Below are positions 1 to 10,996 of a stretch of 64,000 nucleotides of DNA, one piece after another. How positions within the stretch are numbered: position 1 is the stretch's first letter; the number at the start of each line of letters is the position of its first letter. The translations under genes and the position numbers were made by a program. This DNA comes from Leptolyngbyaceae cyanobacterium (GTDB lineage Bacteria > Cyanobacteriota > Cyanobacteriia > Phormidesmidales > Phormidesmidaceae), in assembly GCA_965263355.1 (NCBI GenBank), contig CBDHHL010000056.1, forward strand, positions 2,240,001 through 2,304,000. Direction: 5' to 3'. The notes below the pieces were generated by a model. The model had not been told where the DNA came from and searched no databases. It saw only the letters and a list, made by a program, of their open reading frames with translations.

Positions 1-14
1 AACTCTGCATTGCA

Positions 15-440
15 ATGTCGGTACTTGTTTCTAAGGTCATATCACTGTCTGCCTTGTTGATGGTTTCCCTACAAAGGTTGCCACTATTCTTGTTCAAACC
101 AAAGCGTTTGCTGACTGGCTGTTTATCATTCTTCTTAGTCGCTAGTTTATGGCTGACCACGACAACCTTCGCCTGGGCGGAGACGCCTGTTGCACTCTTT
201 AAAGTTCACTGTGCCGGATGCCATCCCAATGGAGCCAACATCATTCGGCGGGGTAAGAATCTTAAACAAAAGGCTTTAAAGCGCTATGGTTATGATTCTG
301 TGGATGCGATCGCAACTCTGATCACCCACGGTAAAGGTCTAATGAGCGCCTATGGCGATCAGCTCAGTGAAGATGACATTATCATCCTGGCCCACTATGT
401 TTTAGAACAGGCTGCGGTCAACTGGAAACCCACAAAATAA
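15..440 (+). CDS. petJ: Cytochrome c6-like protein (c6B/c6C, PetJ2 type); true start may be downstream
   Basis: Signal peptide, CAGCH heme motif, GKGLMSAY axial Met; Leu (LITHGK) where c6 has Gln; next to NAD kinase. Confidence 0.85.
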   Translation: MSVLVSKVISLSALLMVSLQRLPLFLFKPKRLLTGCLSFFLVASLWLTTTTFAWAETPVALFKVHCAGCHPNGANIIRRGKNLKQKALKRYGYDSVDAIATLITHGKGLMSAYGDQLSEDDIIILAHYVLEQAAVNWKPTK

Positions 441-482
441 TCTAGATCCTCTAATATTGACAGGCTATTTCCCACCCTCACC

Positions 483-1403
483 GTGCAGCTTAACCAAGTC
501 ATCATTGTCCACAAAGCGGGCAATCCCCTAAGCCAGCGCTCGGCTGAAAAGTACGCCCAGCAATTAGAAAAACGCGGTGCCAGTGTAATGCTTGGCCCCA
601 GTGGTGCCAAAGATAATCCCTATCCCGTCTTTTTAGCGTCAGCCCAGCAGCCCATTGACTTGGCTATCGTACTTGGTGGGGATGGTACAGCCCTAGCCGC
701 TGCTCGTCACTTGGCCCCTGAATTAATCCCCATTTTGGCGGTTAATATTGGCGGTCATCTGGGCTTTCTCACCGAATCGTCTGATGAAATCAGTGACTTT
801 GAGGTGGTCCTGGATCGGCTACTGGAAGATCGCTATGCTGTTCAACAACGGATGATGCTACGCGCCTGTCTCCACGAAGGCAATCGCGGTAATCGTGACC
901 CCCTGAGCGAATTTTACTGGGCGCTGAATGAAATGTGCGTCAAACCGGCCTCCCCTGACCGAATGATCACCTCCGTTTTAGAAATGGAAATCGATGGGGA
1001 AGTGATCGATCAATATCAGGGGGATGGTCTTTTAATTAGTACTCCTACCGGTACAACTGGGTATACCGTAGCTGCCAATGGCCCCATTGTTCATCCTGGC
1101 ATGGATGCCATTGTGGTTACTCCAATTTGTCCCTTAAGTTTATCCAGTCGCCCTGTAGTGCTTCCGTCCGGCAGTGTGGTCAGTGTTTGGCCTCTAGCTG
1201 ATCCTGGCATCACCACCAAACTATGGATGGACGGTGTTATGGCAACGTCTATTTGGCCCGGACAACGGGTGGATATTTCCATGGCAAAACATATGGCCCA
1301 GTTTGTACTGCTGCGTCAAAATCAGTCCTATTATCAAACGCTACGCAACAAGCTATTGTGGGCCGGTGCCAGGATCAATTACACAAATAATCATCGAAAC
1401 TAG
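483..1403 (+). CDS. nadK: NAD(+) kinase
   Basis: LGGDGT, GHLGFL, LNE and GDGLLISTPTGTTGY motifs. Confidence 0.95.
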   Translation: MQLNQVIIVHKAGNPLSQRSAEKYAQQLEKRGASVMLGPSGAKDNPYPVFLASAQQPIDLAIVLGGDGTALAAARHLAPELIPILAVNIGGHLGFLTESSDEISDFEVVLDRLLEDRYAVQQRMMLRACLHEGNRGNRDPLSEFYWALNEMCVKPASPDRMITSVLEMEIDGEVIDQYQGDGLLISTPTGTTGYTVAANGPIVHPGMDAIVVTPICPLSLSSRPVVLPSGSVVSVWPLADPGITTKLWMDGVMATSIWPGQRVDISMAKHMAQFVLLRQNQSYYQTLRNKLLWAGARINYTNNHRN

Positions 1404-1507
1404 CGCTGATAAACCATCCAGCTTAGAAATAGAGACTGCCCCTACGGATTTATCAATTTTTTTAATCAGACCTAATAGATGCGGGCTTGATATAAGCTAG
1501 ATATTCT

Positions 1508-1993
1508 CTAAAGCTTTTGCGTATTTCCTTGTCCCTTGATCCAGCCTTCTACACCACTGCTGGTACGGATTCTATACCAGCGATCCGATTCTTCTAACAC
1601 ATCTACAACTTCATCGTAGTCAATGCCGTCAATGGTCGTAGCATCAGCGCCAGCTCCGGTACGAACTAATAACCCATCACCGTAGGTCACTTTTACCTGA
1701 TACAAAACTTCAGTGTCATCGGACTCACTGGCGTCGGGTGTCGGCGCTTCAGTCGGTTTTTCAGCGGTAGCCGCCGTCTGCTCTGTAGTCTGAGCGCTGT
1801 CATTGATGGACTGCGCCGGGGAGGAATCATTGTCATACACCGGGCGCTCTGGCAATGTGGAGAGCTGGGTTAGAAAATAGCGGGCAGTGGCGACGCCAGC
1901 CAGAGATATGACAAAGAAGGCGATCGCAACCCCCAAAATAAACTTGACTAAGCCCAGGAAAAAGCCGTCTAGGTTAGATCGTTTGGATGCCAT
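1508..1993 (-). CDS. Membrane-anchored SH3-domain protein
   Basis: N-terminal TM helix, low-complexity linker, C-terminal GLLVRTG...WYRIR...EGWIK SH3b-like motif. Confidence 0.8.
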   Translation of the reverse strand: MASKRSNLDGFFLGLVKFILGVAIAFFVISLAGVATARYFLTQLSTLPERPVYDNDSSPAQSINDSAQTTEQTAATAEKPTEAPTPDASESDDTEVLYQVKVTYGDGLLVRTGAGADATTIDGIDYDEVVDVLEESDRWYRIRTSSGVEGWIKGQGNTQKL

Positions 1994-2089
1994 AGCTGCT
2001 TTCAGGAATACTCTGGATTGCCCTACGGTTATACCCTATTTTCTGCAGAAAGTTATCTAACATTCAGGAGCCTGACGGTCAGAATCAAC

Positions 2090-2398
2090 CTAAAATCCGC
2101 CATGACCAAATCCATTCATGACAGCGTCAATAAACGCTGAACCTAACTTTACAGAAATCAGGCCACAAGATATGAGCACGCATACGATCAGCCCCCATTG
2201 TACGCTGGTAATCTCATGCCAGGAGCCAATTTCTGAATAGAGCAAAGGAAGCAATACAAGAAAACTGCCTGCTGCTGCCCCAGCGAAAAATCTAATACAT
2301 GAAGAAACTATCTTGGATGGCTCCGTAGATGCCATAACCCTGAATCCTCCAAAACTGTTGAAGTTGCTTAGTTTCGGTCTACAGCTTGTAAAATTCAA
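2090..2398 (-). CDS. Small hypothetical membrane protein (start probably MASTEP)
   Basis: Two hydrophobic helices; co-oriented with upstream operon. Confidence 0.55.
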   Translation of the reverse strand: MNFTSCRPKLSNFNSFGGFRVMASTEPSKIVSSCIRFFAGAAAGSFLVLLPLLYSEIGSWHEITSVQWGLIVCVLISCGLISVKLGSAFIDAVMNGFGHGGF

Positions 2399-2422
2399 TT
2401 CCAGACTAGTAATCTGTCAAGA

Positions 2423-3946
2423 CTAATCATCTAAATCTTTCATGCGATCGCTCAACGCCGATTGCCGCGACGCTAAGCGGGCCTTTCCCGATGCCGCCCA
2501 AGCCTGCAGCGCATCTACCTGATCTTTAGCCGTACGCGCTAACGGCACTAGCTGACTAGCCGCCTCTAAAATATCATCAACCGTAAAATCACGATTTTGG
2601 CTAAAACCAATGTGCATCGCTTCAATAATCGCCTGCTCAATTTCAGCACCAGAGAAATCAGGGGTTTCATAGGCAAGACGACTGGTATCGTAGCTTTTCA
2701 CATTATGGGGACGCAGCCGACTCAGATGTACATTGAAGATTGCATCGCGCTCAGACTGACTCGGTAACCCCACAAAGAAAATTTCATCAAATCGACCACG
2801 ACGCAACAATTCTGGAGGGAGCGAACCAATATTATTAGCCGTTGCCACCACAAACACAGGGGATGTCTTCTCCGACAACCAAGTAATAAACGTCCCAAAC
2901 ACACGACTTGTGGTGCCAGAGTCTCCCCGTCCCTCAAAGCCAGCAAAGGCTTTATCAATCTCATCAATCCAGAGCACACAGGGGGCCAACGCCTCTGCCA
3001 GTTGGATCATCTGCCGCGTTCGTGCCTCCGATTCACCCACCAGCCCCGCAAATAAACGCCCAACATCCAAACGCAACAACGGCAGATGCCAATAGTGAGC
3101 AATCGCCTTTGCTGTCAGCGACTTCCCTGTGCCCTGAATCCCCACCAGCATCAACCCGCGAGGATGAGGTAGCCCATATTGACGAGCCCGTTCCGAAAAA
3201 GAACCGCCCCGCTTAATCAGCCAATCCTTCAAATTATCCAAACCACCTATATCAGATATCTTTTCTGCCGCAGGGTAAAAATCTAGAATCTGCGTTTGAC
3301 GAATCGTTTGACGCTTTTCCTCAAGAATCAGATCAATATCATCAGCACTAAATGCACCATTAGCCGCTATGCCCCGTGCTAAAACTCGACGAATCCGCTC
3401 CATTGACAACCCTTGGCAGGAGCGCACCAATTCATCCAAGGCTTTTGAATCTGGTAAAGTTCCTATCGTCCCCAACAACATCTCGATTTCACGACGGATA
3501 TCATCTACGGTAGGTAATGGAAATTCCAGAACTGTCAGCAACTCGCTAAGCTCATCGGGAATAGTCAACTGAGCTGACAAGATAACAATATTTTTAGGCT
3601 GAGACTTTAGCAGTCTAGCCAAGTTACGTAGCTTTCGAGAAACGGCAATATCATCCAAAAAACGATGAAAATCCCGTAGTACTAATACAGCAGAAATATT
3701 AGGGGATAGTTTTTCAACAAATTCTAGAGCCTGCAGCGGATTACGACGTCCCGCCCCAACATCATTAGGATTACCTCGATACCCATCGACAAAATCCCAA
3801 ACATAAACGGCCCGATTACCCGTTTTAGCAGCAACATAGGCAATAGCTTCTTCAGCCCGCTCTTCTTCACGGGTAGGGATATAAATTAACGGGTAACGGG
3901 CCCGTATCAGCAGACCTAACTCCGCATGAAATGCCATAGGAAACAA
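2423..3946 (-). CDS. ycf46: Ycf46-family AAA+ ATPase
   Basis: Walker A GIQGTGKS, Walker [30 protein letters not shown]-terminus. Confidence 0.9.
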   Translation of the reverse strand: MFPMAFHAELGLLIRARYPLIYIPTREEERAEEAIAYVAAKTGNRAVYVWDFVDGYRGNPNDVGAGRRNPLQALEFVEKLSPNISAVLVLRDFHRFLDDIAVSRKLRNLARLLKSQPKNIVILSAQLTIPDELSELLTVLEFPLPTVDDIRREIEMLLGTIGTLPDSKALDELVRSCQGLSMERIRRVLARGIAANGAFSADDIDLILEEKRQTIRQTQILDFYPAAEKISDIGGLDNLKDWLIKRGGSFSERARQYGLPHPRGLMLVGIQGTGKSLTAKAIAHYWHLPLLRLDVGRLFAGLVGESEARTRQMIQLAEALAPCVLWIDEIDKAFAGFEGRGDSGTTSRVFGTFITWLSEKTSPVFVVATANNIGSLPPELLRRGRFDEIFFVGLPSQSERDAIFNVHLSRLRPHNVKSYDTSRLAYETPDFSGAEIEQAIIEAMHIGFSQNRDFTVDDILEAASQLVPLARTAKDQVDALQAWAASGKARLASRQSALSDRMKDLDD

Positions 3947-3952
3947 ATGGGA

Positions 3953-4489
3953 CTAATCAGAAAGCTGTTGCTTCAAAGCAGACAGGGCAGCCCAGCGTTG
4001 ATCTGTATCTATTGAAGCATCGTCGTCACTAGCAATGGGATGACTAATCCCCTCACAAGCTTGGTCACATAGCTGTCGCTGGGGCATCGCCAGACATAAT
4101 TGCTCATACAACCACACAGTTGGGTCAAAATGCCCTTGGGGCGACAGCGTTTCCACCAGCTCATCTAAGCCAACTTCCACTTCTTCAGCATAGATTTCAG
4201 GCTCAGGTTCCTGCAGCCAAATAAATTCTGACGTGTCTACCTTTATGCGCATATTGTAGTTTTGTAAGCAACGATGGCACGTGAACGTAGTAATCGTCTC
4301 AGCCTGGGCCGAGACCTCCAAAAAATTGCCACGGTGCTGGACTTGAATGCGCCCCTTAACTGGAGTCAGAGTTGATAAATCACTCAGATAATCATTAACT
4401 TCAAGCGTCCGAGTCTTGCCCGGAGCCTTAACCAAGTGAGGGATGTATATCCTTTGTATGGGCCGCTGCATAGTGCTTCCAAGGGCCAA
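3953..4489 (-). CDS. YceD/DUF177 family protein
   Basis: CHRCL and CxxxC motifs, DQRWAAL C-terminus; conserved position after jag. Confidence 0.9.
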   Translation of the reverse strand: MALGSTMQRPIQRIYIPHLVKAPGKTRTLEVNDYLSDLSTLTPVKGRIQVQHRGNFLEVSAQAETITTFTCHRCLQNYNMRIKVDTSEFIWLQEPEPEIYAEEVEVGLDELVETLSPQGHFDPTVWLYEQLCLAMPQRQLCDQACEGISHPIASDDDASIDTDQRWAALSALKQQLSD

Positions 4490-4562
4490 AACTAATTCAA
4501 CTAACTAAATGCTCGCACGTAAAACCGCTGGAGTGAACAGTTAGCTCACAATAAATCACCAT

Positions 4563-5084
4563 TCACTCGTCTTCACCACTAGCGAGCGGAAGATCTCCTA
4601 ATGCACGTACTACCAGACGTCGGTCAGGCTCTCTACCACGACTAAAGGTCTCTAAGCCACCATAGGCTTTAAGCAAAGTGTGCACCTGACGCCGTTCTGC
4701 CGAGGATAAATCAGTCACTTCATGCTCTCCACCACTCGAAAGCACTTGCTCTGCAGCCTCTTCGGCAATTGCTTTAAGCTCATCCCGACGCTGCTGTCTA
4801 TACCCATGCAACTCAATCGTATAAGACTGCTGTGTTTCTGGCGATTGTCCAATGTTCAATACAATATTGGCTAAATATTGAATAGCGTCTAAAACACGCC
4901 CTTTATCACCCAACAGACCGTCAATCTGCGATTGAGTCAACGAGGCATGTTCAATGGTCAACCAAAAACTACTCTCGCCTAGTCCGTCGTCGATATGCTC
5001 GCCAGTAACCTCTGCTTCCAAACCTTGATGCTCTAATAACTGTGATAGCCATTGAATACCACTTTTATCTTGCTGACCGCCCAT
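4563..5084 (-). CDS. jag: Jag/KhpB-like R3H RNA-binding protein
   Basis: KH-like LDAIQYL, R3H ERRQVH, SRGREPDRRLV; follows yidC. Confidence 0.9.
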   Translation of the reverse strand: MGGQQDKSGIQWLSQLLEHQGLEAEVTGEHIDDGLGESSFWLTIEHASLTQSQIDGLLGDKGRVLDAIQYLANIVLNIGQSPETQQSYTIELHGYRQQRRDELKAIAEEAAEQVLSSGGEHEVTDLSSAERRQVHTLLKAYGGLETFSRGREPDRRLVVRALGDLPLASGEDE

Positions 5085-5128
5085 AAATTACTCACACCTG
5101 TTTCAGCGATTTCATGCCAACCACAAGT

Positions 5129-6451
5129 CTACCGTCCCCTATCGGTTAGGGACCTTTTTTTAGAGCTACCACCAGATTTCTTATTACCCTTAGAGCGATT
5201 CGAACGACTAGAACTGGACTTACTGTTAGACTTACTAGTTTTAGTTGCACCCTTAGATATAGTTTTGGCTTTACTGGTGGTAGCCCCTTTCTTAGACTGA
5301 GTAGTTTCCTTAGCAGCAGCCTTTTTAGAGCCTGGCTCAAAGGCTAATGCTCCCCGATCAACACTGACAGTCTTTGCTTCTTGAGCATCGACTAAAGCCT
5401 GGATATTTTCAGGCAAGGGTTCCTTAGAAAGGATAAAAGACTGTGCTGTCTGGAAAACATTTGCCAAAACCATGTAAAGGAGCACACCAGCCGGCAAGGG
5501 GAAAAACAAAAACATACCTGAGAACAATACAGGCGTAAGCTTTGTAATTGTTTCTTGTTGTGGATTATCGCTAGAAGATTGACCTGAGAGCAGTTGGTTA
5601 ACGTATAGACTAAGGCCAAAGAAAAGGACCATTCCCAAGATATCCCAATGGATTTCTCCATCGTCACCCATGGCACCAATACGTCCAAGTTCCTTGATAA
5701 ACAAGAAACCTTTGTTAGCCGCTAAGCCTTTGAGCTTAGCCTGAACCGTTACGTCGCCAGGGGCCAACGCCGTAATTAAGCCATTTTCGTCAACTGTCAC
5801 CAGATCTTGCCCCTTAGTGATCTCCCACTGAGGCGCAAAAGCAGCTGGCTCCTCAGCAAATTGATCAGCAAGCTCTTGAACAGATTTACCGTCAGGGCCT
5901 TGCAAGCGAATTGCCGTAGTATCACCCACACCAATACGATTACCACCGGGTAAAACTGCAGCTACCGGAAAATGCTCACCATCAGCAATGTAAAGGCTAG
6001 ATGGCTTAGCCGAAAATGCCTGGGGCTGCACTTGCTCAATCGCATCTTGGGGAAGGATTTGGAGATTGACAGGGTAAGTAATGTCAGCAAACGGCGATCC
6101 TCGCAGCGTGGCAAATAACGCAAATAGAATCGGCATTTGCAGAACCACTGGAAAGCAGCCGGCTAAGGGATTACCAAACTCCTTATAAACCCCCCCCATT
6201 TCCTCTTGGAGCTTAGCCGGATCATCCTTGTAACGCTCTTGGATTTCCTTGACCTTCTTCTGCATGAGGGGTTGAGTAACCTTCATGCGCCGCATATTAC
6301 GAATCGACCCAGCGTTCAGCGGATAGAGCGCAAAGCGAATCAGCAGCGTAAGAGCCACAATGGCTAAACCATAGCTAGGCACAATCCCATAGAAAAAGTC
6401 TAGGATTGGCAGCATTATGTTATTCGTCAGAAATCCAATACCGAAATCCAT
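5129..6451 (-). CDS. yidC: Membrane protein insertase YidC with long basic C-tail
   Basis: [25 protein letters not shown] motifs; rnpA-yidC-jag context. Confidence 0.95.
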   Translation of the reverse strand: MDFGIGFLTNNIMLPILDFFYGIVPSYGLAIVALTLLIRFALYPLNAGSIRNMRRMKVTQPLMQKKVKEIQERYKDDPAKLQEEMGGVYKEFGNPLAGCFPVVLQMPILFALFATLRGSPFADITYPVNLQILPQDAIEQVQPQAFSAKPSSLYIADGEHFPVAAVLPGGNRIGVGDTTAIRLQGPDGKSVQELADQFAEEPAAFAPQWEITKGQDLVTVDENGLITALAPGDVTVQAKLKGLAANKGFLFIKELGRIGAMGDDGEIHWDILGMVLFFGLSLYVNQLLSGQSSSDNPQQETITKLTPVLFSGMFLFFPLPAGVLLYMVLANVFQTAQSFILSKEPLPENIQALVDAQEAKTVSVDRGALAFEPGSKKAAAKETTQSKKGATTSKAKTISKGATKTSKSNSKSSSSRSNRSKGNKKSGGSSKKRSLTDRGR

Positions 6452-6660
6452 GCGCGCTTACCGAGCAAATTGCATACCGAACTCTAATGTATCTGAATAT
6501 TGCAGGCGTTAGGGGTATTCAACCCAAAAAGGCCAATTATTTCACTCAAGTGAAGACTGGGAGAGACGGTCTTCACAACTTAAATTGACGGTTATTTCTC
6601 CTTGAAGGCATGGAAAAGTCATGACTTCTTAAAATTAAAAGGAACATTCAAGGATTCAAT

Positions 6661-7050
6661 CTATACCCTCATGCTGCTTGCTTCTCGAGCTTTAGGAGAA
6701 ATATGTTCCAAGATCTTTTCATGCAGCTCACGAAACTTAGGAACAGCACGCATTTCCAGTCGACTACCATCTTTTAGCTGCACTGCCATATCCCCCCATA
6801 AACCGAGCCCCCGTGGTACAACAGCCACCCGAGTCACTTCTGAGTAAATTAAATCAGTACGATTACGTCCCATCCATCCACCGGTAATGGAAATTCGTCG
6901 GCTAGTAAAACGATAGCGCACCCACAGGGCACGAATAATTGAGCCAACGGTAAGGGGAATGAAGACTAGTGTAATCGCCAGCACACAGTGAAAAATCAAA
7001 TCACCGATATGGGGGCCGCCCTCGTAATAGACCTCTTCCTTAACTCCCAT
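6661..7050 (-). CDS. Bacterial PH-domain membrane protein
   Basis: YYEGGPH N-terminus, RYRFTSRRI; usual cyanobacterial gene between rnpA and yidC. Confidence 0.85.
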   Translation of the reverse strand: MGVKEEVYYEGGPHIGDLIFHCVLAITLVFIPLTVGSIIRALWVRYRFTSRRISITGGWMGRNRTDLIYSEVTRVAVVPRGLGLWGDMAVQLKDGSRLEMRAVPKFRELHEKILEHISPKAREASSMRV

Positions 7051-7420
7051 ATAGAACCTCCAGCTCTACTAATAGACTTTCTAATTCTTGCAAAAATTCA
7101 TCATATTCGCAGGCGGCTGCCGTTGTTCGAACGTTGATTACGACCCACCAAGTCCCCTCGAATCGTGGCAGCAACCCCCTAAGTGCGGCATGAATTTGGC
7201 GCTTTATACGATTGCGGACAACGGCTCTCTTATGAACTTTGCGACTAATTGAAACCCCAAAACAAACACCCGATGAAGCCTTATCTGATGAGGCTCCATC
7301 GGGCAACGGATTTTTGAGGGCTTTAACAGCTAAACAACGCCGACTAGCACGTCGCCCTTGACGATAAACCTTGGAAAACGAACGCGGAGAGCGCAGTCGA
7401 TGTTGCCTAGGTAATGCCAC
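7040..7420 (-). CDS. rnpA: Ribonuclease P protein component
   Basis: KVHKRAVVRNRIKR RNR motif. Confidence 0.95.
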   Translation of the reverse strand: MALPRQHRLRSPRSFSKVYRQGRRASRRCLAVKALKNPLPDGASSDKASSGVCFGVSISRKVHKRAVVRNRIKRQIHAALRGLLPRFEGTWWVVINVRTTAAACEYDEFLQELESLLVELEVLYGS

Positions 7421-7447
7421 AGGTGCGATCGCGCACTCAGCCAGCTC

Positions 7448-7585
7448 CTAAACAGCCAGACGAGCACGCCCCCTCTTGCGGCGGGATTGAATAACACGAC
7501 GGCCACTAGCGGTCCGCATCCGAGTACGAAAACCAGAAACGCGCTTACGCTTACGAGATGTACCGCCGAGGGTGCGCTTAGTCAT
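7448..7585 (-). CDS. rpmH: 50S ribosomal protein L34 (45 aa, absent from ORF track)
   Basis: Hand translation [53 protein letters not shown]; directly upstream of rnpA. Confidence 0.97.
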   Translation of the reverse strand: MTKRTLGGTSRKRKRVSGFRTRMRTASGRRVIQSRRKRGRARLAV

Positions 7586-7680
7586 GGCGATTGCTCCTAG
7601 ATCTGCTCAAACAAATACTACGTGCGCCCAATTCAGAGCGGTCTCTGATAGTAACATGCAAAACAAGCCATGAAAAGCAA

Positions 7681-8286
7681 TTAATCTTGGTAAGCGATCA
7701 ACATTTCCCAGGTACCAATATAAGTAGGCAGTTCCTCACCCCGCGGAATAGCTTGTAGATTCAACCGCTGCATCAGTGAGCGATTTGGATTGCGAACCTT
7801 TTCAAACTCAATCAAAAAAGACGTATTTGCCGGAATATCCTCTGCCAAAATAATTTCAATCTGGTCTAGATCTTCAGACAAATCGTTAGATCCACTGAAA
7901 ACACGATCATCCCAAATCGCCTCTTCAACCGCAATTTCATCACCAACGTTATCAATGCGACCGTAGTGAACCTTGATGCGATCTAAATCAATCCGCCCTC
8001 TGTAGCGGGAAAACGCCTCAGGAATAGTCACGATCAAGGTAGAAACAGCATAATTAACTTTATCCCCCTTAACCGCCAGATTGTACCTAGCACGACTATT
8101 CCGACGAGTATTATTGTCAAGGCTATAGGACAAACGATAGCGTGACTCAACACCACCGACAATATTAAGACCATCGGAGTCATAAATATCAGTCTGAGCC
8201 AAGATAGGTCCATGCAAACCGACTATAGCCGCTGCCGACATCGCTAAGCCAGCCAGGCCCAAACGGATCAACTGTTTCAGCGCCAT
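7681..8286 (-). CDS. Exported protein, DUF2808-like
   Basis: Signal peptide, VRNP and YIGTW motifs; usual position upstream of rpmH. Confidence 0.75.
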   Translation of the reverse strand: MALKQLIRLGLAGLAMSAAAIVGLHGPILAQTDIYDSDGLNIVGGVESRYRLSYSLDNNTRRNSRARYNLAVKGDKVNYAVSTLIVTIPEAFSRYRGRIDLDRIKVHYGRIDNVGDEIAVEEAIWDDRVFSGSNDLSEDLDQIEIILAEDIPANTSFLIEFEKVRNPNRSLMQRLNLQAIPRGEELPTYIGTWEMLIAYQD

Positions 8287-8742
8287 TTTTTAACTCCTCA
8301 AGCTCACGTTACTAAAGCAGGACTCATCTAGAACTATCATGCAGTGTCTGCCCGCTAAATATTCCGAGGGACAGTTTGCATGATTGGCCCGTTAAACGTG
8401 CGAGTTTCAAAGGTGTCAACAAGTACAATTCAGCAATCATCTCTAACCCAAAAGCAACGCTGAAAGGCACAAAAAGATACCCGGTAGTCTATGCACGTTT
8501 ACGGAACGAAATTTTTCTTAAGATTAGCATACTCAATTACAGGCAAATTGTGGGGTTTGCATGTCCCTAATCGTGTCCCCAAAACGAGTTGCTCAAATTT
8601 ATGCAGGCTTTCCAGAGACATCAAAAGATAAACCAATTGTTAGACAAACCATCAACGATTATCAGCAGACTTTGAACCGATTGCGCCAACAGGTATCAGC
8701 ACAAAGTGGGCCGATTTTCACAAAAAAAGTTAGAGTTTAGAC

Positions 8743-8781
8743 TTTTGAGTTCGGAATACAGTCCCAATTCCGAACTCAAAA
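8743..8781. repeat. Perfect 15-bp inverted repeat in the pntA upstream region
   Basis: TTTTGAGTTCGGAAT-N9-ATTCCGAACTCAAAA. Confidence 0.85.
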
Positions 8782-9269
8782 TTTCGCTCTGGTCTGGACT
8801 TCTCAGCTACAACTGATACCCCACCAGCCTATGATTTTCGTCAAAAAAGATAAACCTTCATAAAGCAGCCCACACTTTTCAAGAATTAAATTGACAAAAT
8901 TAAGCCAAGGCTAATGCTTTTACCAAAGTCTTGTAGTTGGCCTAGATTAGCTTGGATGTTGATGGAGATGGATTGAGACAGTATTGCAACCACAGTCTCA
9001 AAGCACCAGGGGGATCAAAGCAATTCATGGATGACGTTCGCTGTCAAATGCAAAAACCTGCTAAACAGGTTTCTCAAAAGGGATTTTAGGCAATTAGCTC
9101 ATGCATAAAAATGACGGTTGAAACGTCAGAGTAATTACCCATCTCTAAGTGAAGTAAAACTACCAAATCTAAAGTTATTCCGGTTGGATTGAGGTCAAAT
9201 GCGATCCCAATTCCATAGTGTTTTTACAACAACAGTCGTTAGCCCAGCTAGTTCATCAAAGGATTTACT

Positions 9270-10886
9270 ATGACTATCGCACTCGACAAAGGTGCTGTTG
9301 ACCAACAGTCGTCACCGACCAATCGCCCAAAACGTATTGGTATACCCAAAGAAATTACACCAGGAGAATGCCGCGTTGCCGCCACTCCAAAAACTGTCAA
9401 GAAACTCCAGTCCCTAGGCTTTGACGTCCTCATTGAGCAAGGTGCTGGCAAACGGGCAGAGTTCTCAGACCAGGCCTATCGCGAAGCAGATTGCCAGGTG
9501 GTCACTAATGCCAAAGAATTGTGGCAGGAAGCAGACATCATCCTCAAGGTTGAGCCCCCTAAACATCACCCAGACTTTAACTGCGATGAAACAGAGCTGG
9601 GTCATGCCGGTCAAACCTTGATCAGCTTTCTTTGGCCTGCCCAAAATTCTGACTTAGTAAAGCAGCTAGCGGACAAACAAGTCACAGCCCTAGCCATGGA
9701 CTCGGTACCCCGCATCAGCCGTGCCCAGAAAATGGATGCCCTTAGCTCCATGGCCAATGTGGCTGGATATAGAGCCGTGATTGAAGCCGCCAATAACTTT
9801 GGTCGCTTTTTCACCGGACAGATTACGGCAGCAGGTAAAGTTCCCCCGGCAAAAGTACTGGTTATCGGTGCTGGTGTAGCGGGTTTAGCCGCCATTGGAG
9901 CTGCCAAAAGCTTGGGAGCAATCGTTCGGGCTTTTGACACTCGCCCTGTCGTGAAAGAGCAGGTCGAAAGTATGGGTGCCCAGTTTTTAGAACTGGAATT
10001 TGAAGAAGACGGTACCGGAACCGGTGGCTATGCCAAAACGATGAGTAAAGAATTCATTGAGGCAGAAATGGCCCTGTTTGCTGAACAGGCAAAGGAAGTG
10101 GACATTATCATTACCACGGCTTTGATTCCTGGGAAAAAAGCCCCCCTATTAGTTACCAAAGACACCGTCGAGCTAATGAAACCCGGCTCAGTTGTGGTAG
10201 ACATGGCAGCGGCCCAAGGTGGAAACTGTGAAGTTTGCCGGACTGGGGAAGTTTATCGCCACCATGGTGTGACGATTATTGGACTGACTGATTTGGCTAG
10301 CCGTATGGCCGGACAGTCTAGCCAGCTCTATGGCATGAATTTATACCACCTGCTAAACGACATGGGTGGAGCCGAGGGATATGCCGTCAACTTCGATGAT
10401 GAAGTTGTGCGAGGTGCTTTGGTCAGCCATGAGGGTCAAGTAACCTGGCCTGCACCTAAACCTGAAAAGCCTGCACCTCCTAAAGTTGAAGCCAAACCTG
10501 AGGAAACTGCTGAGGCAGAAACACCGACTGCACCAACAGGCTCGTTGCCCTGGAAGTGGATCGGTATTGCCTTTGCGGCTCTGGCCCTGATTGGCATTGG
10601 TATAGGAGCACCGTCTTCATTCCTCTCCCATTTCACTGTCTTTATTTTGGCCTGTTTTGTCGGCTGGCAAGTGATTTGGAATGTTTCTCCATCCCTGCAT
10701 ACACCTTTGATGAGTGTCACCAATGCCATTAGCGGCATCATCATCATCGGCGGCATGCTACAGATTTCGGGTCAGCCACTGTCACCCACTGTGATTTTGG
10801 GTGCCATTGCTATCTTTATCGGCACAATCAACATTGCGGGTGGGTTCTTGGTAACCCAGCGGATGTTGAAGATGTTTCGGAAGTAA
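9270..10886 (+). CDS. pntA: NAD(P) transhydrogenase subunit alpha
   Basis: [39 protein letters not shown]. Confidence 0.97.
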   Translation: MTIALDKGAVDQQSSPTNRPKRIGIPKEITPGECRVAATPKTVKKLQSLGFDVLIEQGAGKRAEFSDQAYREADCQVVTNAKELWQEADIILKVEPPKHHPDFNCDETELGHAGQTLISFLWPAQNSDLVKQLADKQVTALAMDSVPRISRAQKMDALSSMANVAGYRAVIEAANNFGRFFTGQITAAGKVPPAKVLVIGAGVAGLAAIGAAKSLGAIVRAFDTRPVVKEQVESMGAQFLELEFEEDGTGTGGYAKTMSKEFIEAEMALFAEQAKEVDIIITTALIPGKKAPLLVTKDTVELMKPGSVVVDMAAAQGGNCEVCRTGEVYRHHGVTIIGLTDLASRMAGQSSQLYGMNLYHLLNDMGGAEGYAVNFDDEVVRGALVSHEGQVTWPAPKPEKPAPPKVEAKPEETAEAETPTAPTGSLPWKWIGIAFAALALIGIGIGAPSSFLSHFTVFILACFVGWQVIWNVSPSLHTPLMSVTNAISGIIIIGGMLQISGQPLSPTVILGAIAIFIGTINIAGGFLVTQRMLKMFRK

Positions 10887-10904
10887 CCTCTCCTCAAACG
10901 TTAG

Positions 10905-10956
10905 CTTCGACTTCGCTCAGCCAATGTTTTGTCCCGTCCCCTAAGCAGAGTCAAAG
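10905..10956. repeat. Degenerate CTTCGACTTCGCTCAG-type palindromic intergenic repeat
   Basis: CTTCGACTTCGCTCAG paired imperfectly with CTAAGCAGAGTCAAAG between pntA and pntB. Confidence 0.55.
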
Positions 10957-10996
10957 GGGACAATCGCAGAATTTTCTCTACAATCTCTCTCTTCCC

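Noticed and set aside
306..313. Recurrent GCGATCGC octamers
   Set aside because: Ordinary cyanobacterial HIP1 sites; used only as a taxonomic clue
8376..8570. 64-aa ORF in the pntA upstream region
   Set aside because: Non-ATG start, no recognisable motif
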